64,000 nt of DNA. Origin: an uncultured Candidatus Saccharibacteria bacterium (GTDB lineage Bacteria; Patescibacteriota; UBA1384; XYA2-FULL-43-10; 1-14-0-10-43-13). Within the stretch, counting starts at the first letter, position 1. Each line of letters opens with the position of its first letter. Position numbers and translations under genes: made by a program. The DNA is taken from the NCBI GenBank assembly GCA_964628585.1, contig CAZVMH010000001.1, positions 210 to 64,209 of the forward strand, in the 5' to 3' direction. Under the pieces are notes generated by a model that saw nothing but the letters and a program-made list of their open reading frames with translations, had not been told where the DNA came from and did no database searches. Shown here in pieces: positions 8,732 through 19,042 of this stretch.

Positions 8732-10372
8732 ATGGGCATAAAAAATTACAGAAGAACAATTAAATATTTATTTAAAAACATATATGTTTTTTTGATCAGT
8801 TTCATTCTATTATTTTTGGCTTACTATGTTTGGGTGAGGGGAATTTCGATTCTTTCGTCTTATACTGATCTTTCTTTCCATCTTGCAACTGCTCAGGGGT
8901 TTTCTCGTGTGGGTGGTATAGTAGCATGGGATTTCTGGGAGTCATTGCCGCTCGGGCGCCCCCATAACTATCCTCCACTTTTTCATATTATTTTGACTGA
9001 TTTATTAAGGCTAACTTCTAATCCAACCGTTGCAATTAGGCTGATAATGGAAATTACTTTGATTGGAGGAATGATAGTATATGCTTTTGGATTGACAAAA
9101 TTATTTAATGTAAAAATCGCTTTTTGGTCTGTCTTATTATTAGCTTTTTCGTTTCATTTTGTACAGCTATCCTTGACCGTAATGCCGGCCACAATTGTGA
9201 TATTCTTGACACCTCTCCTTTATCACTTTCTTATTAAAAATAGATGGGTAAGTTACATTATAATTTTACTATTTATGTTCTATTTGCATCTATTTTTGCC
9301 ATATTTAATTATTTTATCTATTGCAACTTATTCACTCATTTCTGATCGCAAACTATTTATTAAGGCTATTTTGCCGACCCTAATACCCTTTATTTTGTAT
9401 TGCCCATGGCTGATTCACATTTTTCTTGGCGGGTGGGAATATATAAAATATTTTGATAAGGGAAGTGTTACAGATTTATGGAACTCATACGTGTTAGTAA
9501 ATCCTTTTATAATAATTTTAGCGTTTTTTGGATTAATAGCGCTTTCGAAAAACAAGACTAAACAAAAAAATGAATTTTACCTCTTTTTCATCTCTTGTAT
9601 TATTGTTTTATCTCCAAGTTTTATCGTTGCCGGTAGAATTATCGATGGTCATTTTTTACCATTTGCGGTAATATTCGCGGCATTTTTTCTATCTAATTTA
9701 AATAAAAAATTGTCAAAAATTTTTTGTTGCCTAATAGTTTTGTTTTATTGTTGGACTAATCCTACACTAATGGTTGGAGAAAAAAATAAAATAATATTAT
9801 TGGCAAGCCCTCTAAATAATTTATTAATTAATGAAAATTTCAGAGTTAATGATCCTGCAAGCAAATTTCAGATATTGATTGATTCAATTAAACAAGATTC
9901 TCAAAACGGCCAAACCATTACCAGCATACTCAGATCTTTTGATGGTTATTTGGTAGACAAGAACTATCAGTTGCCGATTTCAAATATGGTAGCATCATAT
10001 ACTGGTCTGGCTACACTAAACTTAAGACAGCCAGAAATTTATCGACGTTCTCCTCCTGATATTTTAAAATCAAAATATCTTTTATTGAATGACTATGCTG
10101 ATGAATTATCGACCGAAACATTTTTCAATCAATACTGGGAAGAATCATATGCATTAGTAGAAACAATTAAAAGTAATTTCACAATAGTATCTTCAATCCA
10201 ATCAGGCGAAAATGAAAAAATATATTTATATAAAAATATAAATAATAATTCAATATCTGAAATATTGCCATCAATTAAGCTTTCATTGTTCTTTGCGAAC
10301 TTATTAATAATACTTCTGTTTGGATTATTATTATTCGATAAGAAAAAGCATAAAAAGAATGACTTCAATTAA
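8732..10372 (+). CDS. Polytopic membrane protein, tandem paralog 1 (possible GT-C-type glycosyltransferase)
   Basis: 546 aa. About 11 TM helices followed by a ~200-aa C-terminal soluble domain. The first extracytoplasmic loop carries 'FHLATAQGFSRVGGIVAWDFWESLPLGRPHNYPPLFHIIL', which is conserved in the next gene. Confidence 0.7.
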   Translation: MGIKNYRRTIKYLFKNIYVFLISFILLFLAYYVWVRGISILSSYTDLSFHLATAQGFSRVGGIVAWDFWESLPLGRPHNYPPLFHIILTDLLRLTSNPTVAIRLIMEITLIGGMIVYAFGLTKLFNVKIAFWSVLLLAFSFHFVQLSLTVMPATIVIFLTPLLYHFLIKNRWVSYIIILLFMFYLHLFLPYLIILSIATYSLISDRKLFIKAILPTLIPFILYCPWLIHIFLGGWEYIKYFDKGSVTDLWNSYVLVNPFIIILAFFGLIALSKNKTKQKNEFYLFFISCIIVLSPSFIVAGRIIDGHFLPFAVIFAAFFLSNLNKKLSKIFCCLIVLFYCWTNPTLMVGEKNKIILLASPLNNLLINENFRVNDPASKFQILIDSIKQDSQNGQTITSILRSFDGYLVDKNYQLPISNMVASYTGLATLNLRQPEIYRRSPPDILKSKYLLLNDYADELSTETFFNQYWEESYALVETIKSNFTIVSSIQSGENEKIYLYKNINNNSISEILPSIKLSLFFANLLIILLFGLLLFDKKKHKKNDFN

Positions 10373-12032
10373 AAAGAAAATCTGTTGCAACCTATATTTT
10401 TGGGGCTTATTTGGTATTTTATTATTGACATCAATATATATCTGGCTGTTTAATACTAACCTAACTCTTGGTTTTACCGATAATGCTTATCATCTTGCCG
10501 TGGCGGAGGGTTTTACTCGAGCGGGGGGAATTTCAACTTGGGATTTTTGGAATTCTCTTCCATTGGGTAGGTCACAAAATTATCCTCCACTTTTTCATTT
10601 AATTCTAGCAGATTTGATAAAAATTGGGTTTACTTCAGAAATTGCAGTAAAATTGATGATGGAGTTTTTTGTTATAGGGGGATTGGCACTTTTTTCATTG
10701 GGCATTACTAAAATATACAATATAAGAGTAGCTTTTTGGTCTGTACTTATTATGGCGATATCAATTCGTTTCATTTGTACTTCAATAACGATTATGCCAT
10801 CTACGATGGTGCTATTTCTTTCCCCACTTTTATTTTATTTATTTAAAGAAAAAAAATGGATAAGCTATGTCGTTATTTTATTTTTAATGCTTTTTTTACA
10901 TCTCTTTTTACCTTTGATAATATTATTTGCTTTAGCCTTATATGTTTTTTTCTTTGAAAGAAATAGATTTTTGATCGGTCTCAAGGCGTCATTAATTGCA
11001 TTAATTCTTTATTCTCCCTGGCTCATACATATATTTTTAAATGGTATTAATAGTATTAAATACTTTGATTCAAGCTATCAGATATCTCGCTACCAGACTG
11101 TGCCTCAGATTAATGTAATTTTTGTAATCTTAGCAATAATATCTCTCATTACGTTAATTTTTAGGAAAAAATTAACTAAAGAAGATTATTTTTTTGTAAT
11201 ACTTCTAGTGTTGTTCGTTATAATGGCTTTCTTTGCCACAGAGAGGACTCTCTCTGGTCATTTATGGATTTATATCGCTCTATTTACCGCCTTATTTCTT
11301 GATCGTTTTTTAGACAAGATACGTATCCTTCCATATTTAACTTTTTTGATATTTTCTTTTTCAATTTTTATAATGCCAATTTTAGTTATTGATAGAACAA
11401 TTTTTCTTGATTTCAACCAACTAACGGTCGCCAAAATTATTCTGACTAAAACGTATTCTGAAACCTCGAAAGAAGAAAGATTCCATGATTTATTTTTAGA
11501 TATAAAAAATAATTCAAAAGAAGGAGAGGCCATTGGAACGGCTCTGAGCTATTTTGATACATATCTAATTGACAGAGGAGAATATCAATCTAATGTAGCA
11601 ATATTTTTGGCTGCTAATGCCAACAGACCGACAATTAATCTTTATCAACCAGAATATTTTTATCGACCCTTGCCAGATCTAACTCAAGCCAGAATTATTG
11701 TGCTGAATGAAAAGATTGAAAATCTGACACCCCAATATTTTGATGATTTTGGCTATACTTACCCAAAAGATATTGAAATCACAAAATCAATCAAAAATAA
11801 TTTTGTTCAAATAAGTTCATATGATACTTATTATTATCAACCTATCAATGGTATCGAAATAGAAAGTGATATAAGTAAAAATGTATATCTCTATAAAAAC
11901 ACAAAAGCAGAAACCATAAAAGAAACAATGCCAAAATTTGTTCTTCCGTTCTGGTTTGTAAATTCACTATTAGCACTATTTTTAGGTCTCTTAATAATTG
12001 ATTTAAAGAGAAACAAAAATAGCCATTTATAG
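10359..12032 (+). CDS. Polytopic membrane protein, tandem paralog 2 (possible GT-C-type glycosyltransferase)
   Basis: About 557 aa from the ATG at 10359, overlapping the upstream stop by 14 nt. Same architecture and loop motif 'YHLAVAEGFTRAGGISTWDFWNSLPLGRSQNYPPLFHLIL'. Confidence 0.7.
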   Translation: MTSIKKKICCNLYFWGLFGILLLTSIYIWLFNTNLTLGFTDNAYHLAVAEGFTRAGGISTWDFWNSLPLGRSQNYPPLFHLILADLIKIGFTSEIAVKLMMEFFVIGGLALFSLGITKIYNIRVAFWSVLIMAISIRFICTSITIMPSTMVLFLSPLLFYLFKEKKWISYVVILFLMLFLHLFLPLIILFALALYVFFFERNRFLIGLKASLIALILYSPWLIHIFLNGINSIKYFDSSYQISRYQTVPQINVIFVILAIISLITLIFRKKLTKEDYFFVILLVLFVIMAFFATERTLSGHLWIYIALFTALFLDRFLDKIRILPYLTFLIFSFSIFIMPILVIDRTIFLDFNQLTVAKIILTKTYSETSKEERFHDLFLDIKNNSKEGEAIGTALSYFDTYLIDRGEYQSNVAIFLAANANRPTINLYQPEYFYRPLPDLTQARIIVLNEKIENLTPQYFDDFGYTYPKDIEITKSIKNNFVQISSYDTYYYQPINGIEIESDISKNVYLYKNTKAETIKETMPKFVLPFWFVNSLLALFLGLLIIDLKRNKNSHL

Positions 12033-12061
12033 ACTATTTTTAGTAACTCAGAAAATAACCA

Positions 12062-13264
12062 TTATTCATATCGGAGAGCATCGAGTGGATCTATTTTTAC
12101 GGCACGACGGGAAGGATACCAGCCAGTTAAAAAGCCAACAAATATTGAGAATATTGCAATAATGGCGGTAACAAACCAAGGAGCAACGAATATTTTTATA
12201 CTTTCAGCGTTAGCCCTCTCTGCCATAGTAGAAAGGATAAGGTTGATACCGCAGCCCAAAGAATAACCTAAAATTACACCCATTATTCCTCCAAGCAAGC
12301 CAATAATTAGTGATTCGGCGAGGAATAACTTGTAAACATCCCTATTCCTCATTCCAAGTGCTTTAAATAAACCAATTTCTCGAATGCGTTCTAGTAAACT
12401 TATTGTCAGGGTATTAAATGTACCCAAGGCTGCCACAATAAGTGCAATCATACCAAATGCAACAAGAATTATTCGGAATAACGAAAAAACTTGGCTAATT
12501 TGATCTACAGTATCACCAACATATTCTGTTGAAAAGCCGATATTTTCTAACTGTTTTCTAAGACTAGCAACATTTTCTCTGTCATCAGCTTTTAGTTTTA
12601 GAGAAGAATATTTTACGGCATCTTGGTTTTTTAAAAACTCAGCAGAAGTATAAACAACTGGAGATTTACTGTCAGCTAAAATTCCAACAATTTTCAATGG
12701 AACAGAAGATGCGACTTTCATACCATCAGCCACATTTGTTCTAAAATCGGCTGGAACAATTACATCTAGATTAACAGTTTTTCCAATTGCACTGTTTACG
12801 TTTTCTCCAATTAGAGTGAGAGCTGCATTATTTATTGCAATTTCGTCAACTGCAGAAGGCATCCTACCTGTTAGCTCTGTTACTGACTCAGAGATGTCCC
12901 AATAATCCTGGCTCGCACCAACAATAATCGTCTCAGCAGTTGAGGAACTTTCTGTTTTCTTTAGTCTTCCAGCTAAATTTGTAACAGGAGCAATTTTTGA
13001 AATATGGGGAAATGATTTAATTTTATCAATTACAGTGTCATCTAATTTGAAAGTACTAATATTTGCTGCCGGAACATCTATTGTGGTAAAAGCATCAAAA
13101 TTGGCAACCTGATTTGTTACTAATTGCTCAAGTCCGTAGCCCAAAGAAATAAGAAAAAGTATTGATGAGATACCAATAGTAACACCTGCAACAGTCAGGA
13201 TAGTTCGAAGACGATGAGACCATAAGTTCTTGAAAGCAATCTTTGCAATTATTTTTGCGTTCAT
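12062..13264 (-). CDS. ABC transporter permease, FtsX/MacB-like (paralog B)
   Basis: 400 aa with the same architecture as 42..1247. Overlaps the ATPase gene by 4 nt. Confidence 0.85.
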   Translation of the reverse strand: MNAKIIAKIAFKNLWSHRLRTILTVAGVTIGISSILFLISLGYGLEQLVTNQVANFDAFTTIDVPAANISTFKLDDTVIDKIKSFPHISKIAPVTNLAGRLKKTESSSTAETIIVGASQDYWDISESVTELTGRMPSAVDEIAINNAALTLIGENVNSAIGKTVNLDVIVPADFRTNVADGMKVASSVPLKIVGILADSKSPVVYTSAEFLKNQDAVKYSSLKLKADDRENVASLRKQLENIGFSTEYVGDTVDQISQVFSLFRIILVAFGMIALIVAALGTFNTLTISLLERIREIGLFKALGMRNRDVYKLFLAESLIIGLLGGIMGVILGYSLGCGINLILSTMAERANAESIKIFVAPWFVTAIIAIFSIFVGFLTGWYPSRRAVKIDPLDALRYE

Positions 13265-14010
13265 GATTTGGTCTCCTCTTTTTGTAAGGAGCTCGTAGAT
13301 TTTGAAGGAACAATTTTTCCATCTTCAACAGAAATTGTCTTGTTTGCATAGGGCAAATAGGCCATATTATGAGTTACCATTACGATGGTTCTTTTTCCCT
13401 CAGTATTTAGCTTTTGAAAAGTTTGCATTACTTGATCAGCATTATGAGTATCGAGATTACCAGTTGGCTCATCTGCCATAACAATCCTAGGGTCATTAAT
13501 AAGGGCACGAGCAAGACAAACTCGCTGTTGCTCACCACCAGAGAGCTGCATTGGTCGCTTATCAGCATACTTTATCATACCTGTTTCTTCTAAGATCTTC
13601 ATAGTTGCTTTTTTGGCTTCACTCTCCGATGTTCCCGCAATAAATAGTGGCATGGCGACATTTTCCCAAACTGAAAGTGATTTTGCCCAGTACCACGATT
13701 GATAGACCATGCCAAAATGTTTGGCTCTAAAAACAGCCCTATCTTCTGAGTTCAATTTTGTAATATCAGTACCACAAACAATAATTTTTCCAGAAGTAGG
13801 GACTTCTAAACCAATTATGTGGTGAAGTAGAGTCGATTTACCAGAACCGGAGGCGCCATATATTATTGCGTAATCACCAGGATATATTTCTGTACTGACA
13901 CCACGCAAAACTGGAACTGGTTCACCGTCGCCAGCTGGGTATTCTTTTACAATATTATCAATTTTTATAATCGGTTCTTTTTCCAACTGTCCCTCTGTTT
14001 TTGTTTTCAA
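13261..14010 (-). CDS. ABC transporter ATP-binding protein (MacB/LolD/FtsE-like)
   Basis: 249 aa. Walker [10 protein letters not shown], signature LSGGEQQR, Walker [14 protein letters not shown]-loop VTHN. Confidence 0.9.
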   Translation of the reverse strand: MKTKTEGQLEKEPIIKIDNIVKEYPAGDGEPVPVLRGVSTEIYPGDYAIIYGASGSGKSTLLHHIIGLEVPTSGKIIVCGTDITKLNSEDRAVFRAKHFGMVYQSWYWAKSLSVWENVAMPLFIAGTSESEAKKATMKILEETGMIKYADKRPMQLSGGEQQRVCLARALINDPRIVMADEPTGNLDTHNADQVMQTFQKLNTEGKRTIVMVTHNMAYLPYANKTISVEDGKIVPSKSTSSLQKEETKS

Positions 14011-14036
14011 TAATATTTTATTATAAAATAGGTTAG

Positions 14037-17000
14037 CTACTTAAATATTCCAAACAACCAGCCAAGTGATTTTTCAAGTGAATTTATTATAATATCTAGA
14101 ACGGAGTTTTGCATTTTGCCAGTAATCGTGGTGGTGTCTTCGGAATAACCAATATTGCCAGAAGCATCTTTTGATACGGCTCTTAAGTGATAGATTTTTG
14201 ATGGTTCAAGCTCTGCCAAAATTACAGCGTGAGAAGTAGAGAGAGCAGCATCTTCCTTGCTCTTGTTGGCGTAACTGCCACCAGAAATTCCTAAATCATA
14301 CTCAACTTGTGAACTTGATGGCTCGTCTGTCTCCCAGGTTACAACTAATTGTGCTTTCTGGGTTACTCCAAAACCAGATGATTTAACCTCTACGGTTAAT
14401 TTTGTAACTTTTGGAGCTCGTGAATCTTTTGGTGTTGTTATTTGAGAAGTGTAGGGGTTTTCGACATTTATCCAGTTCTCATCGTTTCCGCCAACTTCAA
14501 ATGTATAAATGCTCTGATCTGCAAGGTTCGATACCGTAACATTATGATCGAGTGTTAAGTCTGGAATTGTTTTGCTTTCTTTCTTTCCTTTGTCATTTGT
14601 ATAATTTACAACTGAAGAAGTTTTTACATTTGTTTTCCATGAGAATCGGTAAGTCGTAGTCGGTGCTTCTATATCTTGGTCCATAGTAACATTGCCATCA
14701 ATTTTTGGCATAGTCAAAGTAGCAAAAGAATAATCATCAGACAAGATTGAATCACCGTTCTCATCTGTACCGAAAACCTGAAAATGGTAAGTAGTCGTGT
14801 CATCTAGTCCGCTTAAAGCAAATGTATGAGAATTACCGGCAGAGCTAGAGGGTAAAGAACTACCATAACTTGTTGAAGTCCCATATCGGATATTAACAGT
14901 CGCGTTGATAGGATTATTATCCAAGGTGCTTTTGAAGGCGATCGTGGCTGAATATAAAGTGATATTTGATACCAATACGTCTGAAACCGTAGAAACATCG
15001 GTTGTGGTAAACTCAGAAACTCCACTTCTGGCCTCATTGCCATCTCTATCGCGCCAAACTGCCTGATAATAATATTTAGTTTTTGGACTTAAGCCGGTAA
15101 TTCTGATCGAGTGAACATTGCTATAATTTAATTCTGCTGGAAATGTCCCGTCTCTGTTGCCAGACAAGTTGTCTCTATCGGAGCCAAACAGAACATAACC
15201 AGATGAGGTATGTTCTGCATCGTTACTGTCTCTGGTTGACCAAGTAATTGTTGAAGCAAGAGCATGAGCATCAGAGTGTAATGTATCAAGAACAAGAGAA
15301 GGAGCCTGAGTGTATTTTCCGGTTGGAGTGATGTCTACGACTGAAGATGCTTCGGAATAGTTGTTTGAATTATCCTTTGATTTAACATAATAATAATATT
15401 TCTGTGATTGAATTCCAGTATCAGCGTATGTCGTACCAGCAGTTGTACCGATTGATGAATATGTCGTATTGTCTAAAGAACGATAAATTTCATATCCGGC
15501 AAATCCAGTCCCTTGATTTACTGGAGCAGACCATTTTAAACTTGTGGCATACTCTTGACTGTCACGATTAGAAATATCAAAAATTTGCAAAGCGGTTGGA
15601 ATACCTGGTGCTGATGTGCTGACATAGAATGGCACAGAAGCATAGTTTCCGTAATTAATTTGTTCAGCTGAATCTTCTGCTACGACATAAAAAGTATTTA
15701 GTCCCTGTTGAGTCGCAAAAGCCCCGCTAGCCAAAGTGGTGGTTCCGCCACCCGATGCTACAACAGTTGTATTTATGCTTGTGGGAATGCTGTTGATGGC
15801 ATAACGATATTGCGTTATTTCCGCTATGTGCGTATCTGGTTCATGCCAATGGAAACTAAATGAGTTTTCGCTGGCAGGACTTCCTTCAGAGGTATTACTG
15901 GGGCTAACTTCTAAACCGGTTGGTGCACTTGGCGAAGTTCCGGCATATAAAAAGTTTGTTTGAATTGGGTTAGAGTGATTATCGGCGATATCTACAGTTG
16001 CTAGATAGAATACATTTGTACCTTCTTCGGCCAAATCGGTTAGCGTTTCAGTTAAATTTGTTGTTTCTGTCCAGTCCGTGAGTGTTCCTGTTGCTTTTCT
16101 AACTCGATATTCGTAATGATCCCACTGAGAGAGAGCGTCTGATCCAGCAGGCCAAGTAAAAATAAATTCATTTGTAGCAGTAAAACTTGATGGTGATACA
16201 GTAACATAGATCGGATTTATCGGTGCGTCTCCATCATATTTATATCTGAATAGCTCTGTCGCCAAGCTAACGTTCCCAGCGACGTCAACCGTTTCCATAC
16301 GTAAATAGTATGTACTGCCCGAAACCATACCTGAACCAGTATAATTTCTTGTAACTTGATACGCGATCGGATTGCCACCTATTTCTGTCCCAAAATACAC
16401 GTTATAACCAGCAACTCCAGAAACAACTTCTCCTCCACCAGTATTTGCGTTATCGCTTGGTTCATCCCAGGTAAAATATGGAGCTGTGTCATTATACCAA
16501 TTGTTTGTTGTTAATGTTTGTGCCCCACCAACTGAATCCTTGGCCGTGACAGAAGTCGGATTATCTGGTGCTACCGTATCCATTGTGTAAGTCAAAGTAA
16601 CTGAACTTAGCTGTGTTTGTGTAACACTATCTGAATGTAAATATGCTTTCCACTTAAAACTGCGAGTGTTTGTTCCGTTATAAAAAGTTCCAATGTGACT
16701 ATCTATGTCAGTATAAATGTTGGCTTCTGTATATCCGCCAGTAGTTGCTGTCCAACCATTATTATACCAATACCATGTAACACCGTTATCAGGTGAAATC
16801 TGAAACTTAATATTCGTTGAATCATCCGGTGTAATAACAAAATCTGATGCTAAACTATATGATTGTGCCGTACTGTTCATTACCCATGGGTTGTCGGTTG
16901 GATAACGACCAACCTCACTTCCAATGGCAATCACCAATGTTTCCTCTGCTTCGTAACTAAAAATTCGATCAATAATTCCAGTTCCATTTACCATGGGAGA

Positions 17001-18131
17001 CAACTCAACATATCCTATTGGCATATTGGGGGCAGGGTCTTCAGAATATACTATTGTCCCAAGTAGCACCTCGTTATCGTAAAATTTAATGTATGCTCCC
17101 GACAGTAGGACAATTTTATAGTCGTGGTAGACATTTTCTTCGGGTGACCCAGAGAGAGCCTCTAATGCAAAACCTTCTCCTTCTACAAAAGCCGACATGC
17201 CGTTAATTGATCCCCCTGTGCCTCCAACTAATGCCATGGCGACACAATCCTCGGGAGAAGAACATTCTAATTGAGACAATGGAACACCAACATAGTCACC
17301 AAAAACTCCAAGCTGTAGAGTATCATCTCCCGTAACCTTGGCCTTAAATTCCCATACAACTTCTTTTCCACCAGGAGTAACACCCATTCCTCCCCAAAAA
17401 TAATCATTGGCTGAGTCTAGTATGACAGTGCCGCTACTTATTACTGGTGTGTTCGGTTCGCCGGAATAATCATAACTAAAGTCAAAATCTGAAAATGAAT
17501 CGGCGAAATCATAGTTGAATGTGACAACACCACTGCCAGTAGTGGAGACACTTGCATTGCCATAATATAAATACACGGTAGTGTAATTTCCGCCTCCCAA
17601 AATAGAGGGTATATTCACATAAATAGTCGCCAAATTTGAAGGGGTAGTGGTATAATTTTTAATCCAATAGCCAGTAATAGGCGTAGAGCCATCCTGTTGA
17701 GTGAATCGAATATCACCGCCGTTTGTTTTTGCTTTGGTAAAAACATCAGCCATTCCGGTGGTTGCTTCTGTAATTTTGATAACTTGATTAGACAAGGTTG
17801 TACCGGCGCGGTAAATTGTGACTGCTCTGCGGTAGTTCCAGTTACTTCCGCTAAAAGTATTAATCCAGTCTGTGCCCGGCACCATTTGAGCTTTTAATTG
17901 AACTACTCCACCCGTTACTTCAATCTTATTTGAATCAGAAACGGTGTAATCTCCAGATGAAGAAAGATCCCAATCTTTTGTGGCTGCTTTGGCCCTTTCA
18001 ATGGGAACAACAAGACTGCTTATCATTAGACTAACAATAACGAGTAAAGAAACCACTAACGCACCAAAATGAACTTTTTTATGATGTTTATAATGATGCC
18101 ACTTATGGTATCTTTCTGATTTTGAACACAA
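14037..18131 (-). CDS. Giant cell-surface protein (1364 aa) with fibronectin type III-like repeats
   Basis: N-terminal His/Lys-rich segment plus TM anchor (ALVVSLLVIVSLMISSLVV). Repeated FN3-like beta-sandwich signatures (…YYYQAVWRD…, …TTYHFQVFGTDENGD…, …YYYYVKSKDNSNN…). Immediately upstream of the ABC ATPase/FtsX pair. Confidence 0.75.
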   Translation of the reverse strand: MCSKSERYHKWHHYKHHKKVHFGALVVSLLVIVSLMISSLVVPIERAKAATKDWDLSSSGDYTVSDSNKIEVTGGVVQLKAQMVPGTDWINTFSGSNWNYRRAVTIYRAGTTLSNQVIKITEATTGMADVFTKAKTNGGDIRFTQQDGSTPITGYWIKNYTTTPSNLATIYVNIPSILGGGNYTTVYLYYGNASVSTTGSGVVTFNYDFADSFSDFDFSYDYSGEPNTPVISSGTVILDSANDYFWGGMGVTPGGKEVVWEFKAKVTGDDTLQLGVFGDYVGVPLSQLECSSPEDCVAMALVGGTGGSINGMSAFVEGEGFALEALSGSPEENVYHDYKIVLLSGAYIKFYDNEVLLGTIVYSEDPAPNMPIGYVELSPMVNGTGIIDRIFSYEAEETLVIAIGSEVGRYPTDNPWVMNSTAQSYSLASDFVITPDDSTNIKFQISPDNGVTWYWYNNGWTATTGGYTEANIYTDIDSHIGTFYNGTNTRSFKWKAYLHSDSVTQTQLSSVTLTYTMDTVAPDNPTSVTAKDSVGGAQTLTTNNWYNDTAPYFTWDEPSDNANTGGGEVVSGVAGYNVYFGTEIGGNPIAYQVTRNYTGSGMVSGSTYYLRMETVDVAGNVSLATELFRYKYDGDAPINPIYVTVSPSSFTATNEFIFTWPAGSDALSQWDHYEYRVRKATGTLTDWTETTNLTETLTDLAEEGTNVFYLATVDIADNHSNPIQTNFLYAGTSPSAPTGLEVSPSNTSEGSPASENSFSFHWHEPDTHIAEITQYRYAINSIPTSINTTVVASGGGTTTLASGAFATQQGLNTFYVVAEDSAEQINYGNYASVPFYVSTSAPGIPTALQIFDISNRDSQEYATSLKWSAPVNQGTGFAGYEIYRSLDNTTYSSIGTTAGTTYADTGIQSQKYYYYVKSKDNSNNYSEASSVVDITPTGKYTQAPSLVLDTLHSDAHALASTITWSTRDSNDAEHTSSGYVLFGSDRDNLSGNRDGTFPAELNYSNVHSIRITGLSPKTKYYYQAVWRDRDGNEARSGVSEFTTTDVSTVSDVLVSNITLYSATIAFKSTLDNNPINATVNIRYGTSTSYGSSLPSSSAGNSHTFALSGLDDTTTYHFQVFGTDENGDSILSDDYSFATLTMPKIDGNVTMDQDIEAPTTTYRFSWKTNVKTSSVVNYTNDKGKKESKTIPDLTLDHNVTVSNLADQSIYTFEVGGNDENWINVENPYTSQITTPKDSRAPKVTKLTVEVKSSGFGVTQKAQLVVTWETDEPSSSQVEYDLGISGGSYANKSKEDAALSTSHAVILAELEPSKIYHLRAVSKDASGNIGYSEDTTTITGKMQNSVLDIIINSLEKSLGWLFGIFK

Positions 18132-18325
18132 AAAATGGTGAGCTCGTGTTAACGGCTTAAAAATTGGGGTAGAACAATCTTGTTTTTCACAATAAGGAAT
18201 AATCCCTCCTCATACTCACAAAAAAACGGGTTTTGTATACTCTTCACCATTATACTATATATAAAAATGTTCAACAACATAATAAACTGTGAAAAATAAT
18301 TTTTTGGAATACTTGCATTGAAAAA

Positions 18326-18988
18326 TTGTTGATGTACACTAAAGGCGTGAAGTCAACACTGCCAAATTTTGAGATTGAAAGGGGACTATCGGAAGATCAT
18401 TCTGTTATTGCTGGTGTTGATGAAGTCGGCAGAGGCTCGATTGCTGGTCCAATAGTAGCGGCAGCTGTGGTTTTTAAAAAATACAATAAAATAATTGAAA
18501 AGTTAAGTGAAGTTAACGATTCAAAAAAACTTACTCCCTTAAAACGATTTGAATTAGATCGAATTATACGTACTAATGCATCCGATCTAAATATTGGCAT
18601 TGTCGAAGCAGACGAAATTGATAAAATTGGAATTGGTGCCGCCAATATTCTGGCTTTTAAAAAAGCTCTGGATGGTTTAAAAGAATGTGATCTTGCCCTA
18701 ATTGATGGCAGACAATTTTATGGGTTTGAATATCAATTTCACTGCATTGAAAAAGGCGAAAACAAATCAATTTCAGTAGCGGCCGCTTCAATAATTGCTA
18801 AAGTTTATCGAGATAATATTATGGAAGACATACACGAGGAAATTTTTCGTTATGATTTTGCTTCAAATAAGGGCTATGGTAGCAAACACCATTTTGATGC
18901 CATAGAAAAATATGGCCTAAGCCGTTACCACCGAAAATCATTCTTAAAAAAAATTGAAGATAAAATTATTCAAAATAAATTGTTCTAA
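18326..18988 (+). CDS. rnhB: Ribonuclease HII
   Basis: 'IAGVDEVGRGSIAGPIVAAAVVF' catalytic motif. 220 aa. Confidence 0.9.
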   Translation: MLMYTKGVKSTLPNFEIERGLSEDHSVIAGVDEVGRGSIAGPIVAAAVVFKKYNKIIEKLSEVNDSKKLTPLKRFELDRIIRTNASDLNIGIVEADEIDKIGIGAANILAFKKALDGLKECDLALIDGRQFYGFEYQFHCIEKGENKSISVAAASIIAKVYRDNIMEDIHEEIFRYDFASNKGYGSKHHFDAIEKYGLSRYHRKSFLKKIEDKIIQNKLF

Positions 18989-19042
18989 TCGAACTACCTA
19001 AATCAGATTGATCTTAAGCAAGATTTTTGATACTATTCTATT

